From assembly GCF_009914755.1 (NCBI RefSeq), contig NC_060937.1: a stretch of 64,000 bases of DNA. One strand, written 5' to 3'. Below the pieces are notes generated by a model, which did no database searches, was not told the origin of the DNA, and worked only from the letters and a program-made list of their open reading frames with translations. Positions 1 to 15,530 of the stretch are shown here, in pieces. Numbering within the stretch: position 1 is the first letter of the stretch; every line of letters starts with the position of its first letter. The position numbers were made by a program, and so were the translations under genes. The DNA comes from the human T2T-CHM13v2.0 reference genome, Homo sapiens.

Positions 1-1029
1 CTTGGTTTTCTTTGTGATAGACTGATTGCATTAATGCTTCGTCCATTCCTGCACCCTCATCTTTTATCACCCACATGGCTTTGCATCTTCCACCATCAAT
101 AGGATGATTGAGTGCCTTGGCTATATTCCATATGTCTAGCATCACCCATTACATAGTCTGAAATGTCTTAGCCTAGGCAAGCCTAGAGAAGCTAATAGTC
201 AACCTATCCATATTCTGGCATATAAGGAGTTCAGTCAAGATTAGTGCATTTATTGACAAACATTCTCAGATGTGTTTAGCAATAAATAATTCTTAATGTA
301 TGCTACTATTTACCTCTGATTCTTCCCTAAAGGCCCTTGCATTCAACTACTGGCCTGAGTGTTTTGTTTTTAAAAGAAGTAAGGACTATCTTGGAACCCC
401 CCAAAACAGGACTGTGCCATATACTTTTGGGTGCAGTCTTCTATGAATAATCTGTAAGTTGACATCACTTATACAACCTTGAGACCATTCTGGTAAACTT
501 ATAATTTCCAGAAAAATAAACGAGTTGTTTCTCTTTTCCCTTAAACTACCTATAAATTATAAAAATTTAGCAATTTATGTTATTATAAACAGAAATTAAA
601 CATTTGCAAATTCTATATTTTTCTCCCTGCCTGAGCCCTCTAGAACTTGGTGACTTTTAAGTTTTATTACATAGGTTCAGTAAGAATCTGTCCTCCTTGT
701 TACCAGTATTTGATTATAAATATTAGACATGTAACCAAGGTCTCACCTGAAATATCATACCTGAGAATAATGCTTATTTAATAAGGTATAAATAGACATT
801 TTTATGCAATCAATCTTTGCTTAATGGAGCCAATTTTCACAAGGTCCTTTTGGGAAACCTGGTCAGATATTTGGTTTACAGTGTTCCTAGACCTATGTGT
901 TTAAAACCATACAAGTTACTAAAAAAGTCATTCCCCAGTCTGGTGAGTTACCATTATTGCTACACCTATGTAAATAATCAAGCCAAAATCTGATAAGACT
1001 AGCATCATTTTGTAATCAGAATTACACCT

Positions 1030-1415
1030 AGGGTAATAGACATAGAAAAAAATACCACATGATATCAATTATACGTGGTTTTGTTTAAAAAGTAGAACAT
1101 ATAATGGAGAGTACAACATAGGTTACCAGGTGCAGGGATGGGGAGGTAATATAGGGAAGTCGGTCAAAGGGTACAAACTTGCAGTTATGTAGGACGAATA
1201 AGTCCATATATCAAATATACAGTGTGGCTACTACAGTTAATAGCAAAGTATAGTATATTAAAAATTTGCTAAGAGAGTAGATTTTAGGTTTTGTTAGCAC
1301 AAAAATAGTAACTATGGAAGGTGATAGATATGTTCATTTACTTAGCTGTAGTAATCATTTTACTATTTATATATATATGATACATCCTGTTGCACACCAT
1401 GTATACAATTTTTAA
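1030..1415 (+). mobile_element. L1MA (L1MA8/9-like) 3' UTR fragment
   Basis: ggtcaaagggtacaaacttgcagttatgtagg...aaatttgctaagagagtagatttta...gtaactatgg is typical of old L1MA 3' ends. Confidence 0.8.
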
Positions 1416-1801
1416 ATGTAATTTCTTTTAGATTATTTTCATTTAAATGTGGAATTGTGACTGTAGAGAGAAACTTCATGTTTCAATATGAAACTATGCA
1501 TCATTTACTACACTCCATTCTGGAGGGGAGGAAGCTTTGGTACGAAGTTACATATTAGACTAGATCTTGTTACCTTTCCCCCAGTTGTCAATCCGTACCA
1601 AATTTTCAATTTTGTCTGGTTTCTTCAATATGTAACTACATCCCTCGAAACTAATATTTTTAGTTTTTTCTCCTCCTTCCTGATTGTCCTGAATAAGAAC
1701 TAAAATCCAACTGCCCAGATTCCTATTGGGCCTGGAGGTTAACTTGCAGGTCGCCTTTTTCATTAGTATTTGACAAAGCCCTGGCTAAAGCCCACCTATT
1801 T

Positions 1802-2094
<293 letters not shown>

Positions 2095-2737
2095 AAGCCC
2101 AACTATTTGATATGAACACTGAAGAACACACCACTCAGCAGATCAAGCATGGGCTGGATTTCTTTCTGGATAAATCATAACCTAGAACGTCAAAGAAGTC
2201 TTGTAAAATATTTGAGTCATAAATGCCCTTATATAAGAGATTACTACTAGATTTCTTATATAAAAGAAATTCTGAGAAAAAGAAATACTTTCAAAATATT
2301 TCTATAATAATATCTTTTTAAAACTATAAGGGTCTTTTTTTTTAAAGTACCTTCTGCTGACTTTTAATAAGCAATAGATTTTTTTAAAAAATTTGAATAA
2401 TCTTCAAATATATCCTCACATTACAATCTCATTATCTTCCCCATAATTTCTAAGAAACTTGTGGCTCAAAATGAGTGAGAACTCAAAATAAAAAATGGTT
2501 TCAGGATGTAACCCAAAGTGTTCATGAGCAGATTGCCTCACAGGCTGAGGTAATACACTTTTGGTATACTATGCTAGCTTTTAGATTGCAGTTTTTCAGT
2601 TACTTCAATTATTACTATGATTTGGCAGTTATCTTAAATTGGAGTTTGATTTCCAGACTTCAGGTGCAGAATTTGCTTATTGCCAAAATAAGCTGATTAG
2701 AAATTTGCTCAAGCGAAAGATGGTAAATGAGCCCCAG

Positions 2738-2918
2738 TTTGGCCACTAACTCCAGTCAAGAGAGGAATAAATCCAGACTCCCCAATGGGAAAGGTAAATG
2801 ATTACTTCAATGTAGTAGGAATTGAGTTTGGCCACTAACTCCAGTCAAGAGAGGATTTATTAATCCAGACTCCCCAATGGGAAATGTAAATAAATACTTC
2901 AATGTAGTAGGAATTGAG
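2738..2918. repeat. Tandem duplication of about 90 bp (2738-2826 and 2827-2918)
   Basis: Both units run tttggccactaactccagtcaagagagg...tacttcaatgtagtaggaattgag. Confidence 0.95.
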
Positions 2919-3845
2919 GATATAGAGCCATGTATCTATATCTGTATATGTATATATCTATGTATACCTATATTTATATACAAAGACAATTAGTTGTTGG
3001 AATATAGATCAGCCTAGGCCATGTTAATAAAGACTAATTGTGATTCAGAGTAGGCCTGTAAGATTATCATAACTAAAAAATGACAGATGACTAAAGTTAG
3101 GAAAAATTACCATGTAAATATCTTAATATCAGCTGTTTCTGATAGACAAACCTTGGGAACTACTCTTGTTATCAAAGACATTTCTAAAACAGCTTTTAAT
3201 TTCCACAGCCCAACATGAAAAAGTTACATTCTGAAACACTTTAAAAGGTTTTTTTGCTGTATAGTACCCAGTATACTTTAAAGATTCTTAACTACTTTTT
3301 ATACATCTGAGATTAGTGTGCATGGTATGTTCTTATATAGCTACATATTTATATGTTTATATAGAAATGAGCCACATCCTCCAAAGATGCTTGGAATTGT
3401 TCTTAGGGGTTCATATAACCAAACACATTTATTTGATCTGCTTTCAGACAAAATCCACATTTATTTGTCAGAGGATTACTTCATTTACAATATTTTTTTA
3501 CAAAGAAATCTGAATTGAAAATCCTATGCAAATATACGAGATTCATTAAATTGTAATAACTTTTTCAAATAGAGCAATCAAGTAGTTAAACCCAAATATT
3601 CTTCATATTAACTTTATTGATTCAAAATATTCCAATAAATGCATGTCATTTGGAAATGTGTATGACTATTACAAGTAAAGGAATTACTATACATTAAGTA
3701 TTAATTCTGCCAGCATGGAAAACATATGTCAGCAAAAGATTATTCAAAGTAAGTCAATTCAAAGGCCTCTCCCATTTAAGACTACATTATAGACAATGAT
3801 TATAATGGTTAGTTTGAATAACAAAAGTTTATTCATGCACATTAT

Positions 3846-4386
3846 AATATTTATTTTTCCATAACAAATTACCCTAAAACTTTGTTGCTCAAAGCAACAC
3901 ACATCTATTATTTCAGTTTCTGTTGGTTTCTTATGTGGGTTTTTTGCTTCAGGGTGTCGCACAAGGCTTCAATTAAAATACCAACTGGTGCTTCAGTCTC
4001 ATCTGAAGAACTGACTGGGGAAGGATCCAGATCCAAGCCCACGTAGGTGTTGTTTGCAGGATTCATTTCTTCAAGGATTGTTGATGTAAAAGGCTTAATT
4101 CCTTGCTGTCTGTTGACTGGAGGACATCTTCAGTTCCTTGCCAGATGGGACTCTCTAACATAGCAACTTGTTTCATCAAAGCCAACAAAAGAGCGATTCT
4201 GTAAGCAAGATAGAAGTCACCATCTTATGTAACCTAATCATAAAAGTGATATCCCATTACATTTTTGATATTTATTTGATTTTAAGCCAAGTCCAACCCA
4301 CAAATTTAAGTATAGGGAATTACACAAGCACTTAAATACCAGAAAGTAAAGAATGTTGGGGTCATCTTAGAAGTTACCTATCATAA
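3846..4386 (-). mobile_element. MLT1 (MaLR, MLT1D/E-like) solo LTR
   Basis: Contains ccataacaaattaccctaaaact..., gtctcatctgaag..., gactggggaaggatcc and gggtcatcttaga, matching reverse MLT1. Confidence 0.75.
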
Positions 4387-4559
4387 TAATCAAATTCTTC
4401 AAACTTGGTGTTTAAAAGTAAAAAAATAGAGCAGTCAGAGATAGAAGTACATTAAATGTAGAGGAACAAAGGCAGGAATAATAGGACACTTCTTATTAAA
4501 AACAATGCAGAAAAAGAAGCCATCTTTAAAATACAGAAAGGAAAAAAGGGTGTTAACCA

Positions 4560-4692
4560 AGAAATCTATATTTATTAATAATATCTTTCAAAATGTTAAT
4601 GAAGTTTTTTTATAAATATAAAAACAGAAAATATTCATCACCAGCACAACTGCACTACAAGAAATATTAAAGGAATTTCCTCAGGTAGATGA
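4560..4692 (+). mobile_element. Ancient L1M ORF1 3' fragment (continues at 11516)
   Basis: attcatcaccagcacaactgcactacaagaaatattaaagga is the end of L1M ORF1. The consensus continuation gaagcaaaatgataccag is at 11516. Confidence 0.7.
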
Positions 4693-5563
<871 letters not shown>

Positions 5564-5973
5564 GTCCGCCCTTTGGCCCCCAAGGATTAATGTAACTCCA
5601 ACACACAAAATATATGCATACTTTCTCAAGGCCTACAAAATCTCATCTCATTAAAACATCACCTCAAAATACAGAATCTTGTCTTCTGAATTATGTCTAA
5701 GTCTGGATTTTGCTCCTTGGGTTTGTTTTATTTAGTACAGCTCCTCAGCTATACGTTTCTCATAACCTATGACATTTAACAATTTATTCAACCCTCACCC
5801 ACACAAAATATAATCATGGGATATGCATAGAAAATCCACTATAGATCCTCACATTCAAAAAGGGATAAAATAAAAGGCAAAAGCAAGCCCTCATTCATGT
5901 CAATTCTGAAATCCTGCCAGGTAAATGTTGGAAGTTCCTTGATTAGCTCTCAATGCCTGAGAAAATTCTCCAT

Positions 5974-6272
5974 GGCAGGATGGTCACATTGGCTCATGCC
6001 TATAATCCCAGCACTTTGGGAGGCCGAGGCTGGCAGATCACGAGATCAGGAATTTGAGACCAGCCTGACCAACATGGTGAAACCCCGTCTCTACTAAAAA
6101 TACAAAAATTAGCCAGGAGTGGTGGGTGCACTCCTGTAATTCCAGCTACTCAGGAGGCTGAGGCAGGAGAATTACTTGAACCTGGGAGGCAGAGGTTGCA
6201 GTAAGTCAAGATTGCACCACTGCACTCCAGACTGGTCAACGGAGTGAGATTCCATCTCAAAAAAAAAAAAAA
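5974..6272 (+). mobile_element. AluS (Sg-like)
   Basis: Full dimer with poly-A; TSD aaaattctccat. Confidence 0.95.
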
Positions 6273-6563
6273 AAAATTCTCCATGACTCTCAGCTCTACC
6301 ATCTGGGCTCCAGGTTCTACCTTCTCATTCTTCTTTTCCTTGAAAGTTAGGACACGTTTGCAGCAGAATAATTTTCTCAGCCTGCTTCTCAAAAGCAGAA
6401 CAGGTTGGGAGAGGAATGCAAAGGCTTCTTTCTATTGTGTCTGGTCTGTGCCCCTTTCAGTTCACATTGGCAATATTTCTTCATATATGATTATTTTAAA
6501 ATATTTGTAAATCTTCTGTGAATCTTACTGTGTTCACTCAGTTCAACAAAATTCACACCAACA

Positions 6564-6873
6564 GGCCAGGTGTGGTGGCTAATGTCTGTAATCCTAGCAG
6601 TTTGGGAGGCCTAGGCAGGAGTATTACTATTAAACTCCTAGGCAGGAGTTTAAGACCAGCCTGGCCAACATGGCAAAATCCCATCTCTACTAAAAGTACA
6701 AAAATTAGCCAGGTGTGGTGGCACATGCCTGTAATCCCAGCTACTCAGTAGGCTGAGGCAGGAGAATCACTTCAATCCGGGAGGCGGAGGTTACAATGAG
6801 GCGAGATCACACCACTGCACTCCAGCCTAGGCAGCATAGGAAGACTTCATCTCAAAAAATAATAATAAAAAAC
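6564..6873 (+). mobile_element. AluS with a rearranged left arm
   Basis: Full dimer; TSD aaaattcacaccaaca / aaaagtcacaccaaca. Confidence 0.95.
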
Positions 6874-8135
6874 AAAAGTCACACCAACAAGTCTTTTCAA
6901 AGTAAGACATTCTTAACTTTAAATGGGCCTCTGCCTGGGAACAACACTGTCATCTTCCTAGAAGCCATAATAATGGATTGAGAGAATATGTGAAACACAC
7001 CCTTAATATTTTTGTAGAGCCTTTTCTAACCGTATAGCATTATGAGGTACCAATGTGGATGTTTATGAGATTTGAACAAAAGATTTTTACAATCACACCT
7101 TAGGTGCCACTATTTTCTAACTGCAGTGCCCTGGATTTGATCTTTGATCAGAAGCCATTCATTAATTTTGCACCTTTTGACACCTAAAAAAGGCTAAGGA
7201 TTTTTAAAACTGTCAAATATGTGGGGGGATTTGAAAAATTATTTCTTCAGCTTGTTTGTTTCTCATATCTCACAATAAGAAATAGGAAGTAATTAACTAG
7301 CTTTTTTGATAATCTGTTTGGAATTCTCCCTAGCTTATAAATCCAGTTTATCAAGGCAATTCTAACTTCCACGTAACTGCTAATGACAGTCTTGCTTAAT
7401 TTTCTGCCACTACATCACAGGAACCCCCCCAGTATTTATTTAACATATGTACATATTTTGGGCTACATGGGATAATTTGACATGTTTATATTAAGTGTAA
7501 TGATCAAATCAGGGTAATTACAATATCTATCACCTTGAACTATTATCTTTTCTTTATGCTAGGTGGTAACCACCAATGTACTTTCTACTTTCATGTATTC
7601 ACTTTCTTAGCTCCTAAATATGAGTGAGAATATACGATATTTGTCTTTCTGTGACTGGATTAACTCACTTAGTATATAGTGCCTTCCAGTTCCCTCTATG
7701 TTGCTACAAATGATAGAATTTCATTCTTTTCCATGGCTGAATAATATTCCACTGTGCATATATATCACATTTTCTTTCTTCATTCATCCATTGATGGGCA
7801 CTTTAGGTTGATTCTATATTTTGACTACTGTGAATAATGCTGCAGTAAACATGGGATTCCATAAAACTCTTCAATATACTGATTTCTATTCCTGTATATA
7901 TATACACAGTAGTGGGATTGCTGGAGCATGTTGTAGTTCTAGGTTTAGTTTTTTGAGGACCTCCATAGTGGCTGTACTAATTTACATTGGCACGGACAGT
8001 GTACAAGGGTTCCCCCTTCTCCACATCCCTTTCAGCATCAGTTATTCCCTTTTTTACTAGTCATTTCACCTTCAGTGAGATGATATTCCATTGTGGTTTT
8101 GATTTGCATTTCTCTGATGATTAGTGATGTTTAAC

Positions 8136-8444
8136 TTTTTTTTTTTTTTTTTTTTTGAGATGGAGTTGCCAACTCTTGTTGCCCACGCTGGAGTGCAATG
8201 GCGCGATCTTGGCTCACTGAAACCTCCGCCTCCTGGGTTAAAGTGATTCTCCTGCCTCAGTCTCGCGAGAAGCTGGGATTACAGGCACCCGCCACCACGT
8301 CTGACTAATTTTTTTGTATTTTTAGTAGAGACGGGTTTTCACCACATTGGCCAGGCTGGTCTCAAACTTCAGGCCTCAGGTGATCCACCCTCCTCGGCCT
8401 CCCAAAGTGCTGGGATTACAGGTGTGCGCCACTGTGCCCCGGCC
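8136..8444 (-). mobile_element. AluSp/Sq-like
   Basis: Poly-T then ctcttgttgccc...gtgcaatggcgcgatc; degenerate TSD inside the L1. Confidence 0.95.
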
Positions 8445-8544
8445 TGTTGAATATTTTTTCATATGCTTAGTTGTGTGTCTTCTTTTGAAAAATGTCTATT
8501 CAGATACTTTGCCTATTTTTAATCAGATTATTTGGGTTTATTGC

Positions 8545-10277
8545 TGATGGCAGCAGAGGCCCAATTAGAGCAGCTGCTGCCACCACGCTGGCTGCAGCAG
8601 GGAGGCACGACTGGGGCTGCACACTGCTGCACATCCGTGGAGCCAGGAGCTGGGGACAAATGAGAGTCCCACTTCTCCTGTGTTGGTGGGGCAGGAAGTC
8701 TCCGGGTGCTGCAACAACTGCCCAAATCATGGCTATGAACCCAGGCTTCCTGCTCCATGGAGCTGGCAGGAGCCCCACCCTCCTGGACCTCCCTGTACAC
8801 TTGAGGGGACCAGGAGAAGGCGGGAGCCCTGCTCTCCAGGGCCAGTTGCCGCTGCCTAACCTGCAGACCTGGGCCTCCTACGCCAAGGAGCAGGAAGGAG
8901 CTCTGATGTCCGCGCCCCGCCCCCACCACAGCTGGAGCCACCCAAACTGCAGCTGTGGACCCAGGCATCCCCGCACTCTTGGGGGTCTAGCAAAGTCCCC
9001 CCGACTCTTGAAGGCCTGGAAATGTTTGCTCCCACTGCCTGGCTTCTCCCTGCTGTCAGTGCCCACTCTGATCTCAGAACAAAGTTGGGGCCAAGCCTGG
9101 GTGCTGTCACAGCCTGGACAGGTGTGCACATGCTTGGGGCAGTGCTGACATTCCAGCCCCCTGCCACCGCAGCTCCCTCCAGACTTTGGGTGCCACTGAG
9201 CACAGGATGGAAGCTAATGGGGGGCTGAGGGCAGCTCTCCACTGGCCTGCAGGTGCCCCTTGGCACCTACAGCCTGGACACCATGAGTGGCAGCAGGAGG
9301 CAGACAGGGTTTTGGGTGGAAGGGGACGGGTCCCTGGTGAGGCTCTACCTTCAGACCAGGGAGGGCCTGAATGCTGGGGGCCAGGCTGCCAGTCCCACAA
9401 ACAGGAGTGGGGACTTGTGGTGCCTTTTTGGGGCCCACCCATGGCCACTCATGGACGAATCAGTGTGCACTTCCTGCCCTCTGAGACTTATAAAAGCCTG
9501 GGCTCAGCCAAAGCTGAGCAGACGTTGGGATGATCAGCTGCACGGAGGAGATACCAGGCTCCAGGGCCTCCTGTCTGCTGAGAACTGAACACTCCATGTG
9601 AAGACCTGCCTACAGAAAGGAGCTATTCTGTCACTTAATAAAGCTCCTCTTCACCTTGCTTGCCCTCCACCTGTCCACATACCTCATTCTTCCTGCATGC
9701 AGGACAAGGACTTGGGACTGGCTGAATGGCATGGCTATAAGAGCTGTGACACAAACAGGGCTAAACACACCCTTTATTGTCACATTGTGGGTGAAGAGAA
9801 GGAGAGAAGAGCTGTAATCCTTTGGGGACCCCCAGACCTGGGAGCTCCCCAAGCCAGGGATGTGACTCCTTCTTTGGGGCCTTGCAGTTCCTGGAATCTC
9901 TAAGCTTCCGGGCACCACTGCGTTTCCCGGTGGCAGCTGTGGAAGCTGTTTGCAGTGCGCCAGGTCCAGCCGCAGCCTCACAGAGAACTGGTGCCCATGC
10001 CGGTACTTGGAGCTGCCCTCCCCGCTGTGGCAGCCAGCATGTCTGACTGTGCTCAGTGGGCAGACCCCACACTCGCTGGCTCACATATCCCTCGCCACTC
10101 CACACCTGGCTTGCCCTTGGCAGGCATGGAATCCAGGCCTGTATCGTGATCCGAGCGCAGCCTGCCAGGCTGAGTGGGCTGAACAAGCCCAGTGGGCCTG
10201 AGCGAAACTCAGGCAAAGGCACTGCTGGCCACAGAGGTTTCTGGCCAGAAAAGCAACACCCCAAGGATCCTACAATA
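8545..10277 (+). mobile_element. MER52 (ERV1) solo LTR, about 1.73 kb, GC-rich
   Basis: Begins tgatggcagcag and ends caccccaaggatcctacaata. 4-bp TSD ttgc. TATA-like tataaaa near 9489 and aataaa near 9637. Confidence 0.85.
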
Positions 10278-11281
10278 TTGCTATTGAGTTGTTTGAGTTT
10301 CTTGTCTATTCTGGTTATTAATCCCTTGTCAGATGCATAAATTGCAAATGTTTTCTCCAGTTCTGTGCGTTGTCTCTTCACTTTGTTGATTGTTTCCTTT
10401 GGTCTGTAAAATCCTTTCAGCTTGATGTGATCTCATTTGTCTATTTTTGCTTTTGTTGCCTATGCTTTTGATATCTTACTCAAAAGATCGTTGCCCAGAC
10501 CAATGTCCTTGAGCATTTTCCCAATGTTTTCTTCTACTAGTTTTATAGTTTCAGGTCTTAGATTTAAATCTTTGGTTAATTCTGATTTGCTTTTTGTATA
10601 TGATGTGAGATAGAAGTGTAGTTTTACTTTTCTGCGTATGGTTATCTATTTTTCCCAACACTGATGAAAAAAATTAGAAAGGACACAAAAAATGGAAAGA
10701 TATTCCATGCTCATTGATCGGAAGAATTAATATTGTGAAAATGCCAAAACTACCCTAAACAATCTACAGATTCAATGAAATCCATCTCCAAATACCAATG
10801 ATGTTCTTCACAGTAATAGATAAAACAATCCTGAAATTTATATGGAACCACAAAAGATTCTGAATAGACAAAGGAATCCTGAGCAAAAAGAATAAAGCTG
10901 GAGGCATCACGTTACCTGACTTCAAAATATAGTACAAAGCTATTCTAACCAAAACAGATAATATTAGAATAAAAACAGACACATAAACAATAAGACAGAA
11001 TAGAGAACCAAAACATGCATTCTTTTTTTTTAATAAACCAACTAATTTCACCAACAGCACCAAGAACATACATTGGGAAAAGGACAGTCTCTTCAGTAAA
11101 TGGTACTGGGAAAACTGGTTAACCATATGCAGAAAAATGAAACTAGATGCCTATCTCTGCCCAGATTTTTAAAATAACATTTATGTCACTCTCTTCAAGT
11201 CATTTTAGACCCTCACTAATACCTACTGTCATTTCAAAGCCACTCCTAGATCACAACACTTTACTTCCAGTTATCAAAATC

Positions 11282-11515
11282 TTTATTATCTATATACTGT
11301 GGCATAACAATCCATACAGTGCTTAGCAATTTAAAGCAATAAATATTTATTAATTCACAAAGCTTCATATTGTGAAGAATTTATGAGTAGGTTCTCTGCA
11401 TTGCACTGGCTCAGGATTCATCATATAGCTGGAGTACTATGTAAGAGGAAAATATGTATGTTGTAGATACCAAGAATTGGGGATCATGGGACAATCTTGA
11501 GGACTGCCTGCCACA
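11282..11515 (-). mobile_element. MLT1 5' LTR of the provirus, internally deleted
   Basis: ggcataacaat...ttaaagcaataaatatttatta...ggggatcatgggacaatcttgaggactgcctgccaca. Confidence 0.75.
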
Positions 11516-12547
<1,032 letters not shown>

Positions 12548-13193
12548 GAACCAGACAACCTACAGAATGGGAGAAAGTATTAATGAACTATGCATCCAAC
12601 AAAGGTCTAATATCCAAAATCTATAAGGAACTTTAACAAATCAAAAAGCCAAAACCAAATAACTCCATTAAAAAATGTACAAAGAGCATGAACAGGCACA
12701 TTTCAAAAGAAGACATACAAGCAGCTAACAAATATTTGAAAAATGTACATCATCACTAATCATCCCAGAAATGCAGATTGAAACCACAAAGAGATAACAT
12801 CTCACACCAGTCAGAATGTTTATTATCAAAAAGTTACAAAACAACCGATGCTGCTGGTGAGGCTGCAAAGAAAAGAGAACACATACACATTTGGTGACAA
12901 TGTAAATTAGTTCCAGCACTGTGGAAAGCAGTTTGGAGATTTCTCAATGACCTTAAAACAAACTACCATTCAACCCAGCAATCCCAGTACTGGGATTACT
13001 GGTATACGCCCAAAATAAAATAGATCATTATACCAAAAAGACACATGAACTCAGGTGTTGATCACTGCACTATTAACAATAGTGAAGACAGAATCATCCT
13101 AGGTGTCCCTCAGTGGTGGATTGGATAATCTGCAGAGTATATGTAGTGCATACACACCATGGAATATTATGCAGCCATGACAAGAATGAAATC

Positions 13194-13494
<301 letters not shown>

Positions 13495-13849
13495 TCATGT
13501 TATTTGCAGCAACTGGAGCTGGGGGTCATAATCCTAAGAGAGTTACTGCAGGAAGAGGAACCCAAATACAACATGTTCTTACTTGTAAGTGGGAGCTAAA
13601 CCTTGAGTACACACAGACATAAACATGAGAACAGTAGACACTGTGGACTGCTAGTGGGGGATGGAGGGGGTGGGGCATGGATTTAAAAACTACCTATAGT
13701 GTACTATGTTCACCAACTGGGGCAATATAGCCATGTACCCTTTGTAGCTGAAATAAAAGTTACAATTTAAAAAAATAAATCAATAAAAATACAAAATAAT
13801 GTAGTTATAAAAGAAAAAATTGAGAAATACGTATTATTGTTAGTTTGCA

Positions 13850-14040
13850 AAACTTGATATTGTTAATACATCAGTCTTTCTCAAACTTATCTATATATTC
13901 ATGCATCCCTATCAAAATCCCAGTAGAATTTTTTGAAGAACTTCAAAAACTGATTCAAAAATTCGTATCCACTTGCAAAGATTCTATAACAGCCAAACCG
14001 TATTTGGAAATAAGAACCAAGTTGCATGACTAATACCACA
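13850..14040 (+). mobile_element. Old L1M(E) ORF2 fragment
   Basis: atccctatcaaaatcccag...ctgattcaaaaattc; translation IPIKIP...KLIQKF. Confidence 0.7.
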
Positions 14041-15014
14041 ACAAAAGTCTAAACGTTAAAAGTGTTCTATTTTTAACACATGGATGCTTAGAATATGCTT
14101 CTTAATTAACTTTCTAAATGCCTATTTTGATCGTTTTCAGTGATAAAAAACTGATTTCTTAAATGCCTAAAGTTTATTTTCTTCCTTAAAGTAAAAACAC
14201 TGTATCTCAGCCTTTTAATGTAGACATGTTTTTTTTTTCTCTTTGCCTTTTTTAACATTCAATTAGACTCAAACGGGTACATTACTCTAAAATGTTTAAA
14301 ACACTCTAAAAATACAGTTAGCAAGATTCAGTACAGAATAGATGTGCCATTTGGTGGAATGTGATGTCTATCTGTAGTTAATGTACCTTCCCTAAGTGCA
14401 CTATCACTTATTTTTCTGTAACGTATACAGATCTATATAAAATATTAACTTCCATAGCTTGAATTTGGGGAAAATATAACCATAAAACATAATACATTCC
14501 GAGGGCATATTGATTACTATTACACTGAGTGTGAAAGGAAAAAAAAGCCTTATGAAGAAGCAGTGACAGGAAATAACAATAAAGAACTTTTGTCAACTTA
14601 TTTTAATGTGGTGGTAAATGAAACATTTATTTTTATCACCTGTCAAATGAGAAATCATTTGTTTTAAAGAGAGAAATACCAAACATTGTAGAATGAGACA
14701 CCAAAGAAAAAAAGTTCATGTCAGTGAAGATGCTTATATAGTCATAGAAATTTAAAGCCTTAGTGCACGAAGACATTATTTACAGATAGGAGAGGTGCTC
14801 AACAGTTTGGATTGAGGTTTGAACTAACCTATGCCTCACAAAGCATTAACCGACAGACATACGGGTTTCATTGTGTCTGTGTCAGTTTTAAACAACAAAA
14901 AAAATTGGAGAATGGTTTATATAGTTTGCCATCTGTTGCAAATATTTTTAACACTATATAATTTGCATATGACAATAAAAGAATGTGGACAGCTTATTTC
15001 CTGATTGCCTTAAA

Positions 15015-15420
15015 TTATCCATCTCTCTGTGCCTTCCTGGATGTCCTGGAGGCTGAGCCTGTGGGTTACATCATCTGGGCTCCATTGCTCTCTGGCTTTC
15101 TGTTATATGTACAATGCAAGTTACTGACAGATCAGAGAGAGAGGAAGGTCAGCCATTCCTTCCCATTCTCTTCATGTTTTAGCACTGCCTGTCAGAGAAT
15201 AGTTGTTCCCTTCCTGGACTACAGCATTTCTGAGTACACTTCTCAGATTTTTCTAACACCATTTTCTACCCTTAATGATACAGACATAGGTGATATAATA
15301 GCTCCTTGTAGTTGCTTTTCTCTGAATAGCTCTTCATCTCTTCTATATTCTGCTAAACCTGCTCATAAATCTGTAAATATTCCCTTCATTTGAACGATTA
15401 GGAGAATCCTGTTTACTGTA
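15015..15420. mobile_element. Degenerate ERVL LTR (LTR33-like)
   Basis: ctggaggctgagcctgtgggttacatcatctgggctccattgctctctggctt and tgtaaatattcccttcatt. Confidence 0.45.
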
Positions 15421-15530
15421 GCAAACCTGTCTGATAAAGTGTATTACTAAATAAGCGTGATTTTATGGCAGGACTGTTGTAATTTTAAAAAATAAATATC
15501 GACTTTTTTTATTAAGTTGCACATATACTA

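Larger units (their letters stand above)
7432..11158 (-). mobile_element. L1MA insertion with 5' inversion (minus 7432-10660, plus 10661-11158)
   Basis: L1MA 3' UTR and ORF2 on the minus strand switch to plus-strand ORF2 at 10661. Degenerate TSD cccagtattt / cccagattt. Confidence 0.85.
5564..11281 (-). mobile_element. MLT1-int internal region (5564-about 7430 and about 11160-11281), split by Alus and an L1
   Basis: Lies between two co-oriented MLT1 LTRs and has MLT-int-like sequence. Ends with the typical internal/LTR junction cttccagttatcaaaatc. Confidence 0.65.

Noticed and set aside
8492-10381. Dense overlapping ORFs of up to 218 aa
   Set aside because: They lie in the GC-rich MER52 LTR, where stop codons are rare, and show no recognisable domain.
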